Shown here one piece after another: positions 19,740-28,719 of a stretch of 32,000 nt of DNA. The stretch comes from Candidatus Kuenenia stuttgartensis (lineage in GTDB: Bacteria > Planctomycetota > Brocadiia > Brocadiales > Brocadiaceae): contig NZ_LT934425.1 of assembly GCF_900232105.1 (NCBI RefSeq), forward strand, positions 3,300,001-3,332,000, in the 5' to 3' direction. The notes beneath the pieces are model-generated. The model did not search any database and had not been told where the DNA came from. It worked only from the letters and a program-made list of their open reading frames with translations. The translations under genes were made by a program, and so were the position numbers. Every line of letters starts with the position of its first letter. The first letter of the stretch is position 1.

Positions 19740-20539
19740 TTTACAACCTCCCTTAAAAATTTCTCTTCCAATTCAATAATAAAATTCTCGTACTTTCTTG
19801 GCAATTCATCCCCAACAGAAGCATCCGCATCATTACACCTTTGAAACATTTCACCTACCTGTGCGTCAGATAATTGACGATCAATCCAAGGATAAAGGAT
19901 TTCATCTTCTTTTTTGATATGTTGTGTAAGCAAATCCATGTATCCAAAAAGGTGTTCTTTTATCGCAGCTTTGTCACCACTTTTCACCCCCTCTACTACT
20001 TGCCGGATATGGTTTCTTCCTGTATCGTGATCTTTATACATAATTTGTATAACTTCAGCATTTTCATCAACGTATTTAAATAAAATATCCTCTTCCTTCA
20101 TATGATGATATTTGTCTGCATAATTACGTATAAAATCAACGCAACTTAACACAAGGTCTTTATCAAGTTCCATGCTGCTTTCAATATATTCAACAATGGA
20201 AGGTATGAGAGCCAAAAGTCGTTTAATAAGAACATGTTCATCCACAAGTTTTTTCACCGAAGGAGAATAGGTAATTTTCCTAGGAGCAGCCATCTTTGTC
20301 AAATCCACCTTTGGCTCAGGTACCTCCCTGTCCGGATAAATAGCCTTTTCTATCCTATACATCAACGTCGCTTCTTGCAGAGGATCAAGATTGTGAATTC
20401 CAACTATATCCTTCATTAAGCAGCTTCCAACAGAACATGGTGCACACCCTATGCCATATTCCTCAAGAATTTTGCCTACTTCCGGATAAGTATCAATAAT
20501 CCCCTTTATCTCTTTATTTAAGATATTTTCCAAAAACAC
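19736..20539 (-). CDS. DUF1858-like Cys-rich N-terminus fused to hemerythrin-like (HHE) domain
   Basis: ILEEYGIGCAPCSVGSCLMKDI; LVDEHVLIKRLL...YADKYHHMKEEDILF...DHDTGRNH...HIKKEDEILYPWID. Confidence 0.82.
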   Translation of the reverse strand: MFLENILNKEIKGIIDTYPEVGKILEEYGIGCAPCSVGSCLMKDIVGIHNLDPLQEATLMYRIEKAIYPDREVPEPKVDLTKMAAPRKITYSPSVKKLVDEHVLIKRLLALIPSIVEYIESSMELDKDLVLSCVDFIRNYADKYHHMKEEDILFKYVDENAEVIQIMYKDHDTGRNHIRQVVEGVKSGDKAAIKEHLFGYMDLLTQHIKKEDEILYPWIDRQLSDAQVGEMFQRCNDADASVGDELPRKYENFIIELEEKFLREVVK

Positions 20540-20714
20540 CTCCTTAATTCAATACTATTATAGTGCCGTCAATCTCAATATTTAAGAAACCATTATAGCC
20601 AACGATTATATAACATGTCAAGCAAAGAAATAGGTGAAAATTTACCAGGGAATGCTGATATCAAGCTTTTTTGCCGCTTGCAATTATTGTTTGTTTTTAT
20701 TATATTCTAAAAAG

Positions 20715-20726
20715 TCGACTAGTCGA
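20715..20726. other. Perfect 12-bp palindrome in the intergenic region upstream of def
   Basis: TCGACTAGTCGA. Confidence 0.35.
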
Positions 20727-20915
20727 ATTTAATCCGCTCTTAAATAATACATTTTCACACGTTAGCCATGGCTTTAGGCTATTCTATAAATGCGGTGAGG
20801 TTTAACGCATGGACGGATTTTTGAAAAACTAAAATATTACCGTAATTTTTTTAAAAAGGGCTGTTATCTCCCAGACTTTTTTAAACCTTTATATTTTTCA
20901 GAAAAAAATAATCAA

Positions 20916-21428
20916 GTGAATATTGTTACTTATCCAGCCCCTGTATTGCGCCAAAAGGCAAAACCTCTGACAGAAATCAATGCAGATGTGTATAAAAAGG
21001 CAGAAAAAATGGTTGAATTGATGCGTCGTGTGCATGGTATTGGATTGGCGGCGCCACAGGTAGGCTGGTCTGTGCGCTTGTTCGTTATTGATGTTGTTGG
21101 AAATAATGTAGACGATAATGTGTTTATCAACCCATCAATTATGGAAGAAGCTGGTGAAACAAGTAATGAAGAAGGATGTTTAAGTTTTCCAGGCATTATG
21201 GGAAAGGTTATAAGAACCCACAAAATTAAGGTATGCGCGTATAATCTTAATGGACAGAAAATTGAGGTTGTTCTGGAAGATTTACTTGCCCGTGCATGGC
21301 AACACGAGCTTGACCATCTGAATGGATGTCTTTTCATAGACAGAATGAGCCCTGCCAGCAGACTTGCTGCATCTCAACAATTAAAAGAATTAGAGCAGTC
21401 ATATAAAAAAGACCGGGTTCCGGTTTAA
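20916..21428 (+). CDS. def: Peptide deformylase
   Basis: GIGLAAPQVG, EEGCLSFPG, HELDHLNGCLFIDRM. Confidence 0.97.
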   Translation: MNIVTYPAPVLRQKAKPLTEINADVYKKAEKMVELMRRVHGIGLAAPQVGWSVRLFVIDVVGNNVDDNVFINPSIMEEAGETSNEEGCLSFPGIMGKVIRTHKIKVCAYNLNGQKIEVVLEDLLARAWQHELDHLNGCLFIDRMSPASRLAASQQLKELEQSYKKDRVPV

Positions 21429-21481
21429 TACACTCTTTTGCAAAATCTGAAAAAGGGAGAAAAGGAACAGTTGGTTAAATT

Positions 21482-22444
21482 ATGAACGTTATTTTTATGG
21501 GAACTCCGGAATTTGCAGTTCCCAGCCTGAGTTTTTTGGCAAAATCAAGGTATAATGTTGTTGCCGTGGTAACACAACCAGACCGGCCAAAAGGAAGAAG
21601 CAAAAAACTTTGCCCTTCGCCGGTAAAAATCAAAGCTATGGAATTGGGATGGGAAATATTACAACCAGCCAATGTAAATGACGAACCTGTAATAAAACAA
21701 TTGAAAAGATATGCCCCTGACTTTATCGTTGTTGTAGCATTCGGGCAACTTTTATCCAGCCGAATAATCGATATTCCACGATTCAAATGTATAAATATAC
21801 ACTCATCTTTGTTGCCAAAATACCGTGGAGCCGCCCCTATAAACTGGGCTATTATAAAAGGTGAAACTATGAGTGGCGTAACCTCTATGGTGATGACCAT
21901 TAAAATGGATGCAGGTGATATTATTGCGCAAAAAAGCGCTTCAATATCCTCGGATGAAAACGCAGGGGAACTTGAAAAAAGATTATCATTTATGGGTGCT
22001 GAGTTGTTATTGGAAACATTGGATAGTATTGCAACAGAAACGGCGCGTTATAAGAAACAAGAGGAAGAAAAGGTGACTTTTGCCCCAAAACTGAAAAAAG
22101 AAGACGGATTGATCTCCTGGGTAGAAAAAACACAGGAAATTCATAATCGAATACGCGGCGTTACACCTCTTCCTGGGGCATATGCGTTTTACAATAAGAA
22201 CAACCTGCCAGAAACGAGAAAGAGGATTATTCTCTTAAAGACACGTATTCATGAGGGATGTAGCACGCAGGAATCTATTATACCGGGAACAGTTGTCGAA
22301 ACGGCAACCTGTGGAATTCACGTTGCAACATTGGATGGCTCTATTTGTATTACGCAGTTGCAACCTGAAGGGAAACGCGCAATGGATGCGCAGGATTTTA
22401 TTCGTGGTTACAAAGTTGCATCTCAGGACATGTTTACTGCATAA
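21482..22444 (+). CDS. fmt: Methionyl-tRNA formyltransferase
   Basis: VIFMGTPEFAVPSL, TQPDRPKGR, NIHSSLLPKYRGAAPINWAI. Confidence 0.96.
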   Translation: MNVIFMGTPEFAVPSLSFLAKSRYNVVAVVTQPDRPKGRSKKLCPSPVKIKAMELGWEILQPANVNDEPVIKQLKRYAPDFIVVVAFGQLLSSRIIDIPRFKCINIHSSLLPKYRGAAPINWAIIKGETMSGVTSMVMTIKMDAGDIIAQKSASISSDENAGELEKRLSFMGAELLLETLDSIATETARYKKQEEEKVTFAPKLKKEDGLISWVEKTQEIHNRIRGVTPLPGAYAFYNKNNLPETRKRIILLKTRIHEGCSTQESIIPGTVVETATCGIHVATLDGSICITQLQPEGKRAMDAQDFIRGYKVASQDMFTA

Positions 22445-22475
22445 ACACTAACATTTTTATAAGAGGCCGATAATT

Positions 22476-22919
22476 ATGGAATTTATTGATAAGAAGTTTG
22501 TTTCTATCAATAATCTTATGGTAAAACTCAGGAAGAAAAAATGCTCTTCAAAAAACTTACTTATTCTCTTCCCGCATTGTATTCAACACTCGGCGTGTAA
22601 ACAAAATGTAAAGAACGATTTGAACGAATGTAAACGCTGCGGAAAGTGCAAGATAAAAGATCTGATAGAATTTTCTGAAGAATATGGCGTTCACATATCT
22701 CTTGCCACCGGAGGACGTATTGCCCTTCAAAAAGTAAAATCAGCAGAGATACACGGAGTTGTTGCTATTGCCTGCGAAAAAGAATTAAGAACCGGTTTGA
22801 TGGCCGCTGCCCCAAAAACCATTTTTGCAGTGCCGAATCTCAGACCACATGGATATTGCAAAGATACGGACGTATATATGGATGAAGTAAAAGAAGCAAT
22901 TGAAAAATTCCTCAAATAA
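22476..22919 (+). CDS. DUF116-like protein
   Basis: LLILFPHCIQHSACKQN, CKRCGKCKI, GVVAIACEKELRTGL; located between fmt and rsmB. Confidence 0.78.
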   Translation: MEFIDKKFVSINNLMVKLRKKKCSSKNLLILFPHCIQHSACKQNVKNDLNECKRCGKCKIKDLIEFSEEYGVHISLATGGRIALQKVKSAEIHGVVAIACEKELRTGLMAAAPKTIFAVPNLRPHGYCKDTDVYMDEVKEAIEKFLK

Positions 22920-24309
22920 GATTGATGTACGCCTTGAAAGTATTCGCATTCTGCGGAAGGTTGATGAAAAAGATGTTTTAGCACAGGAACTTGTTGAGGA
23001 GCGATGCCAACAAACGAATGTATCAAGGCGAGACAAACACCTTCTCCTTGAACTGGTAAACGGCATTACCCGCCATCGATTATCCCTTGATACCATACTT
23101 TCTTTCTTTTCTAAGATTCCGCCCCAAAAAATAGAACCCTGGTTGCTATATGCATTGCGTCTGGGAATCTATCAAATGATTTTTTTAGATAAAATACCTC
23201 ATTCAGCCGCGGTAAATACCTCCGTAGAACTCGTTAAAAATCTAATACGGCGCCCGGATGCTGCGCGGTTTGCCAATGCGATACTGCGTGCAGTAGACAG
23301 AACCATAAAGAATAAATATTCAGTCAATCATAAAAATGTCAATCAGCAAAAATTGTTATACAAGAAAGAAAACGTTTGGTGTGAGTTCAGCGAGCCAATC
23401 TTTCCAGACCCGGGGGAAAACCTTACATCATATATCGCAAAAAACTATAGCCATCCGGAATGGTTGATAAAGCGCTGGCTCACCAGATACGGGATAGACA
23501 AGACAATAGAAATATGCAAGGCGAACAATCACATCCCGACATTATCTCTGCGTATTAATCATAACAAAACTTCAATCAATGAATTTGCTTCCCTCCTGGA
23601 ACAGAATGGCATTCTTGCGCGTGTAATAGATAACAATGCATTGATAATAAACAAGAGTGTTGTTTCTGACATACCTGGATTTTCTAATGGATTATTTTCG
23701 GTGCAAGATATAACTTCCATGAAAGTTGGTACCTTTCTCATTGCAGAAACACCCACCGCCGGCGCAATCACCCTATTGGATATGTGCGCAGCGCCTGGGG
23801 GAAAAACAACACATATTGCCGAAATAATACAAAACAAAGGCAGCATTTACGCTTTAGATATTTCTCTGAAAAGGCTGCATCGTGTAAAAGAAAACTGCCA
23901 AAGACTAGGCATCAAAAACATTACCATCATCTGCTGTGATGCTTCAGAAGGAAAAATCCCCTTTCGCTGCAAATTTGACCGTGTGCTTGCAGACGTGCCA
24001 TGTTCCAACACCGGAGTGCTTTCACGGCGGGTAGAAGCCCGGTGGAGGATCACGGAAAAAAATATAAAACAGTTGGCGGCACTTCAATATTCTCTGCTAA
24101 AAACAGGTTCCACCATGCTTAAACAGGACGGTATTTTGGTATACAGTACCTGTAGTATCGAACCGGAAGAAAACCAGGAGGTAGTGCAAAAATTCCTTAA
24201 AAATGAACCACAATTTTATCTTGATAAAGAAGATTGCTATTCCCCGGAAATAAACAAAGGAGATGGTGGATATATGGCAAGGATACGGAAAAGAAATTTG
24301 GGGTGGTAA
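22900..24309 (+). CDS. rsmB: 16S rRNA (cytosine-967-C5)-methyltransferase
   Basis: NusB-like N-terminus (RLESIRILRKVDEKD...RDKHLLLELVNGITRHRLSLD) and SAM-MT motifs LLDMCAAPGGKTTHIAE, DVPCSNTGVLSRR, VYSTCSIEPEEN. Confidence 0.94.
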   Translation: MKNSSNKIDVRLESIRILRKVDEKDVLAQELVEERCQQTNVSRRDKHLLLELVNGITRHRLSLDTILSFFSKIPPQKIEPWLLYALRLGIYQMIFLDKIPHSAAVNTSVELVKNLIRRPDAARFANAILRAVDRTIKNKYSVNHKNVNQQKLLYKKENVWCEFSEPIFPDPGENLTSYIAKNYSHPEWLIKRWLTRYGIDKTIEICKANNHIPTLSLRINHNKTSINEFASLLEQNGILARVIDNNALIINKSVVSDIPGFSNGLFSVQDITSMKVGTFLIAETPTAGAITLLDMCAAPGGKTTHIAEIIQNKGSIYALDISLKRLHRVKENCQRLGIKNITIICCDASEGKIPFRCKFDRVLADVPCSNTGVLSRRVEARWRITEKNIKQLAALQYSLLKTGSTMLKQDGILVYSTCSIEPEENQEVVQKFLKNEPQFYLDKEDCYSPEINKGDGGYMARIRKRNLGW

Positions 24310-24385
24310 TATATTGTGTGGAATTTTATTATATTTGTTATTGTGGTATACAAAAATTATACAGTAGAAATATTATTATACTATA

Positions 24386-25686
24386 CTCAAACGGATTGAA
24401 AATTCAATGTAGAGATCCCCTTTAACTATGGTAAACTATTGACCTATGAAAATTACCCTAACCGAAGAGCAGAAACAAAAGCTGGAAGAACAGCACAAAA
24501 CCGAAAGAGATAGTAGAATATGCGATCGGATAAAGGCTGTATTATTGGCTAACGAAGGCTGGACTCAAAGGCAAATAGCTCAGGCATTACGCATACATGA
24601 AACCACGGTATGGGGTCACGTAAAGGATTACGTAATTCAGGAAAAATTAAAACCAAGCAGTGGCGGCTCTTCAAGTAAGTTGAATGAACAGCAAACGATA
24701 GAGATAATATCACATTTAGAACAAAACACCTATTCATCAACCAAAGAAATCATTCAATACGTCCAAGACACTTATGGTGTAAGTTATACGCAACAAGGCA
24801 TGCATGATTGGCTGATTAAGCACAAGTTTTCGTATAAAAAGCCTAAAGGGGTTCCCGCCAAGTTCAATAAATTACGGCAAGAAGCATTTATTCGGGAATA
24901 TGAAGAATTAAAAGCCAACCTCGGACCTGGCGAGGTTGTGCTGTTTATTGACAGTGTCCACCCTACTCAAGCGACAAAAATTACCAGTGGTTGGATTAGA
25001 AAAGGCGTAGAAAAGATGATAGCTACCGTTGCAAGCCGGAGTAGAATAAACCTAACTGGTGCAATTGATTTAAACACCATGTCGATTATTACTCGTGAGT
25101 ACGAGACCACAAATGGTAGCGCTACCGTTGACTTTTTAAAGGCAATCGAAGCAGCACACCCTGCATCCGCTAAAATTCATATAATCGCTGATGGTGGCGG
25201 AGCCCATACGTCAAATGAAGTAGGATTATTTTTATCAGAAGCAAATGCAGTAAACCGATTATTTTTAGATGAAACGTACGGGATCAAATTACCTGGCAAT
25301 AGCGTAAAATTACCGAAGAAAATGAAAGTACAGCTAAAATCAATTGTAGAAAAAGAGGCACAATTGTTTAAGGATCATTCAATTTTAGATGTTGACAAAT
25401 TAACTGCGCGTGAATTATTAGATACGCTAAAAGCACCACAACCGCATCCTAAATTAGTGATGCATATCTTGCCACCCTATAGTCCCAATTTGAACCCAAT
25501 TGAAAGAGCGTGGAAGGTAATGAATGAGCATGTCAGAAACAATAAGGTATTCGATTCATTTACTGAATTCAAAGCTAAAATCCGTACGTTTTTTAGTTCA
25601 ACCTGGAATATCATTTTACCTGATTTGACAGACAGAATTAATGATAATTTCCAGAAGCTGAAACCAGTGGTTTCAGTCTGATTGAG
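24386..25686 (+). mobile_element. IS630-type insertion sequence with TIRs and TA flanks
   Basis: TA|CTCAAACGGATTGAAA at left; TTTCAGTCTGATTGAG|TA at right (13 of 16 TIR positions match). Confidence 0.87.
24446..25681 (+). CDS. IS630-type DDE transposase
   Basis: HTH (GWTQRQIAQALRIHETTVWGHV), VVLFIDSVHPTQ, HIIADGGGAHTS, LPPYSPNLNPIERAWKVMNEHV. Confidence 0.94.
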   Translation: MKITLTEEQKQKLEEQHKTERDSRICDRIKAVLLANEGWTQRQIAQALRIHETTVWGHVKDYVIQEKLKPSSGGSSSKLNEQQTIEIISHLEQNTYSSTKEIIQYVQDTYGVSYTQQGMHDWLIKHKFSYKKPKGVPAKFNKLRQEAFIREYEELKANLGPGEVVLFIDSVHPTQATKITSGWIRKGVEKMIATVASRSRINLTGAIDLNTMSIITREYETTNGSATVDFLKAIEAAHPASAKIHIIADGGGAHTSNEVGLFLSEANAVNRLFLDETYGIKLPGNSVKLPKKMKVQLKSIVEKEAQLFKDHSILDVDKLTARELLDTLKAPQPHPKLVMHILPPYSPNLNPIERAWKVMNEHVRNNKVFDSFTEFKAKIRTFFSSTWNIILPDLTDRINDNFQKLKPVVSV

Positions 25687-25820
25687 TACATACGATATAA
25701 AATTATAAGGTAATTTTTGAAACACTAAGCAACAATTTTACCTGATAATAGTGTTTTTCTCAAGTTATCAGGGCAAATGATTGTGATAATCAATGGTTGG
25801 CTGTTAAAGAGGAGGTAAAT

Positions 25821-26567
25821 ATGATAGAAATCATCAAAGCAGATAGTCGTCATTTTTCAAACTTTGGGTGGCTCAAGACTTATTGGTTATTTTCTTTTTC
25901 TAACTATTTTGATCCACATAACATTCAGTTCGGAGCTTTGCGGGTATTTAATGATGACATCGTTGAGCCCGGAAAAGGCTTTCCAACCCATCCACATGAA
26001 GAAATGGAGATCATCACTATTGTTTTAGATGGTGAGATGACCCATGAGGACATTATGGGTAACAAAACCGTTATAAAAACCGGTGATGTGCAGCGCATGT
26101 CGGTAGGAACAGGACTTACCCATTCTGAATTCAATTTGGCCCAGGAGCCGGTGCACTTTTATCAGATATGGATATTCCCTGACAAGTCTGGACTGAAACC
26201 AACATATGATCAGAATAGATACGAAACGGCCAAATGGGAAAATCGACTTTTGCCTGTGGCATCCGGCCAAAATATACCGGAGACAGTATCTTTTCATACT
26301 GACGCAACAATCTATCGGTGCTCGTTGGATGCAGAAAAGGAAGTGACTCATGAGGCGACCGCTGGACGCAGGATTTTTATTTATCTTGCTGAGGGGCGAA
26401 TCTCAATAAACAATGAAACGTTGAATGCCAAAGACCAAGCACGCATTGATCTCGAAGAACCCCTTGTTCTCAAAGCTCAGCAGCCCTCTGATCTTATCCT
26501 GATTGACGTTCCCTCATGCAAGGGATGGGGCTACAGCGAAGAGACTCTGAAGGGTAAAGAACAATAA
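25821..26567 (+). CDS. Pirin family protein (bicupin; quercetin 2,3-dioxygenase-like)
   Basis: FGALRVFNDDIVEPGKGFPTHPHEEMEIITIVLDGEMTHEDIMGN, VQRMSVGTGLTHSEFN. SD GGAGG precedes ATG at 25821; track start 25797. Confidence 0.92.
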   Translation: MIEIIKADSRHFSNFGWLKTYWLFSFSNYFDPHNIQFGALRVFNDDIVEPGKGFPTHPHEEMEIITIVLDGEMTHEDIMGNKTVIKTGDVQRMSVGTGLTHSEFNLAQEPVHFYQIWIFPDKSGLKPTYDQNRYETAKWENRLLPVASGQNIPETVSFHTDATIYRCSLDAEKEVTHEATAGRRIFIYLAEGRISINNETLNAKDQARIDLEEPLVLKAQQPSDLILIDVPSCKGWGYSEETLKGKEQ

Positions 26568-26641
26568 AAGCCAACAAAAAAATTCAGCGGACGCAAAAAG
26601 CCGCGTCGCTGATTTAATCGTTAGATCATCTAAAAAGAGTC

Positions 26642-27086
26642 ATGGATTTACTAAAATCTATCAAAGAAAAGTCAAAATACTTTGCTGAGACAGTAGAAGA
26701 CCAAGGGGTATTAAGTGTAATTTCGCATATAGAGATTGCAAAACGACACTATGAGGGCGGAAAAAAATGGCGACAACTATTTGTATAATGATGTTGTCTA
26801 TGGATGCAATCAGGCTTTTGAAGGATCATTGAAGGAAGCATATGGAATAATTACAGGGGATGACCCAAATAAAATTATGCCCCACCAGATAGAAAAATAT
26901 TTTGAACAGAACAGCGTGCTAAGAGAATGTGTACTTACACTATTTACAAATCACAGAATGGCGTGGAGAAATAAATCTACACATGATTACAAACTGTATT
27001 TTTCAGAGCATGAGGCATTTTTAGCAATCGTAAATATTTCAGAATTTATCAAAATCCTCTTAGACCAAATGATTGAAAAAAGGTAA
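26642..27086 (+). pseudogene. HEPN-like protein, frameshifted and probably 3' truncated
   Basis: MDLLKSIKEKSKYFAETVEDQGVLSVISHIEIAKRHYEGGKK (frame 2) joins NGDNYLYNDVVYGCNQAFEGSLKEAYGIITGD...MAWRNKSTHDYKLYFSEHEAFLAI (frame 3) at the 7-A run 26761-26767. Confidence 0.7.
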
Positions 27087-28376
27087 CTATTCAGCGAAAA
27101 TAATTTAGAATTTGCTTGACAGCAGAAATGTTACAAACAAGCAATTTACCTGGTAGTGTATGTATATGTTTGTAAATGCGTTAAAACCAGGCAGCAAGAT
27201 GCCGTGCATAGAGACGTGTGTGGGGTCTGTTCAGTTATAGAATTTCGAGCCTTTGTGGTGTGTTATAGAGCGAAAGAAAAGGGTGAAAAAACCTGTGGTA
27301 TAATAGATGCAGTAGATAATTTCAGGCTAATTATACAGGTATCATCCATTGACGATAGAGAATATAGACGTAGACGCAACACTCCAAAAAGTAGAGAAGC
27401 TGCTTTCAGAAGAGAAAGGGCTGTCACCGGCGGTGAGGTCAATGATAGAGTTGTTGGCATTATTGATAACACTGCTGGTAGGACGTCTGAACCGGAACAG
27501 CCGCAACAGCAGCAAGCCTCCCTCAAGCGATCCGAATCGCAAGAAAGAAAGCAAGGCGAAGGGTGAAAGGAAGGCAGGCGGGCAAAAGGGCCGTGATGGA
27601 GTAACGCTCAAAAAGGTAGACAATCCTGATGAGGTGGAAGTAATAAAAGTAGATCGGAGGAAGTATCCGCGCAGCAAATACAAGGTGGTAGGTTACGAAG
27701 CACGCCAGGTGTTTGATATAAAGATTTCGCGTGTAGTAACGGAGTATCGTGCAGAGGTAGTAGAGGATGCGAAAGGGAACCGGATTGTAGCGTCATTTCC
27801 GGAAGGGGTAACAAAGGCGGTGCAGTATGGTCCGGATTTGAAAGCGCATGCAGTCTATATGTCGCAGTATCAATTGATACCCTACAAGAGGATACAGGAG
27901 TATTTTGAAGGACAGATTGGGATACCGCTGAGTGAAGGTTCTGTTTACAACTTTAACAGGGAAGCCTACGAGTCATTGGAACCCTTCGAAGTGAGAGCCA
28001 GGGAAGAACTTGCAAAATCAGAGGTGATGCATGTGGATGAAACTAGTATCAACAAGAATGGAGACAGGTATTGGTTGCACAGTGCATCCAATAGTTTGTG
28101 GACGTACTTTTTCCCGCATGAAAGACGTGGAACAGAAGCGATAAATAGTATCGGGATATTACCTGAATTTAAGGGGATTCTTTGCCACGACCATTTGAAG
28201 TCGTATTACACCTATAGCAACTGTACGCATGCGTTGTGTAATGCACACCACTTGAGGGAATTGGATGGTGTGTGGGAAGATGATAATAAGCAGGAGTGGG
28301 CGAAAGAGATGAAAGCATTACTTAAAGAGATAAACCGTGCGACGAGTGATGCCGGGGGAATGCTGGGTGCTAAGCC
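27083..28376 (+). mobile_element. IS66-type element remnant, right side missing
   Basis: IS66 transposase-like ORF with C-terminus missing; candidate left end GTAACTATTCAGC at 27083 (IS66 ends usually begin GTAA); right boundary taken at the protein homology break. Confidence 0.5.
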
Positions 28377-28389
28377 CCACAATAAATGA
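27349..28389 (+). CDS. IS66-type transposase, C-terminally truncated
   Basis: NSRNSSKPPSSDPNRKK, KVVGYEARQVFDI, LSEGSVYNFNREAY, VMHVDETSINKNGDRYWLH, HDHLKSYYTYSNCTHALCNAHHLREL; ends at AGGMLGAKPHNK*. Confidence 0.88.
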   Translation: MTIENIDVDATLQKVEKLLSEEKGLSPAVRSMIELLALLITLLVGRLNRNSRNSSKPPSSDPNRKKESKAKGERKAGGQKGRDGVTLKKVDNPDEVEVIKVDRRKYPRSKYKVVGYEARQVFDIKISRVVTEYRAEVVEDAKGNRIVASFPEGVTKAVQYGPDLKAHAVYMSQYQLIPYKRIQEYFEGQIGIPLSEGSVYNFNREAYESLEPFEVRAREELAKSEVMHVDETSINKNGDRYWLHSASNSLWTYFFPHERRGTEAINSIGILPEFKGILCHDHLKSYYTYSNCTHALCNAHHLRELDGVWEDDNKQEWAKEMKALLKEINRATSDAGGMLGAKPHNK

Positions 28390-28405
28390 ACCTGGAATTC
28401 TCAGA

Positions 28406-28708
28406 TTAAGTGGAATTAATATATTGAGGTAAAACGGATTTTAGCAGATAGACAGCATCTGGGAAAGAGGAGTTGGAATCTACCATGACGATGTCGATGG
28501 TATTAAAGTTTTTTTTACAACGGAAACACCTGGCGAGGTTCGTATTTGGGTTGGTGGCGGAATTAAATTCAGAACAGAGAGGGCAGAGGAAGCGGAAATA
28601 GCCTTCGGAGTATTTATGAGGTATGGAGAGGACATCAGCGATGAGTCGATCGATGGGGATATCGTTTCGTAATGAGCGCAAGAGTTGAGGGGAAAAGAGA
28701 CGGGCCAT
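28406..28708 (-). CDS. Small CHC2/primase-type zinc finger protein
   Basis: IPIDRLIADVLSIPHKYSEGYFRFLCPLCSEFNSATNPNTNLARCFRCKKNFNTIDIVM resembles the DnaG-type Zn-binding domain (CPxC/CFxC). Confidence 0.65.
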   Translation of the reverse strand: MARLFSPQLLRSLRNDIPIDRLIADVLSIPHKYSEGYFRFLCPLCSEFNSATNPNTNLARCFRCKKNFNTIDIVMVDSNSSFPDAVYLLKSVLPQYINST

Positions 28709-28719
28709 GGTAGACCTCC

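Noticed and set aside
25741-25772. Inverted repeat CCTGATAA/TTATCAGG upstream of the pirin gene
   Set aside because: 8-bp arms with 16-nt spacer in AT-rich sequence; too weak to call regulatory without comparison.
27156-27566. 136-aa ORF overlapping the start of the IS66 transposase
   Set aside because: Its 3' part is an alternative frame of the Ser/Pro-rich IS66 N-terminus; does not resemble IS66 TnpA/TnpB.
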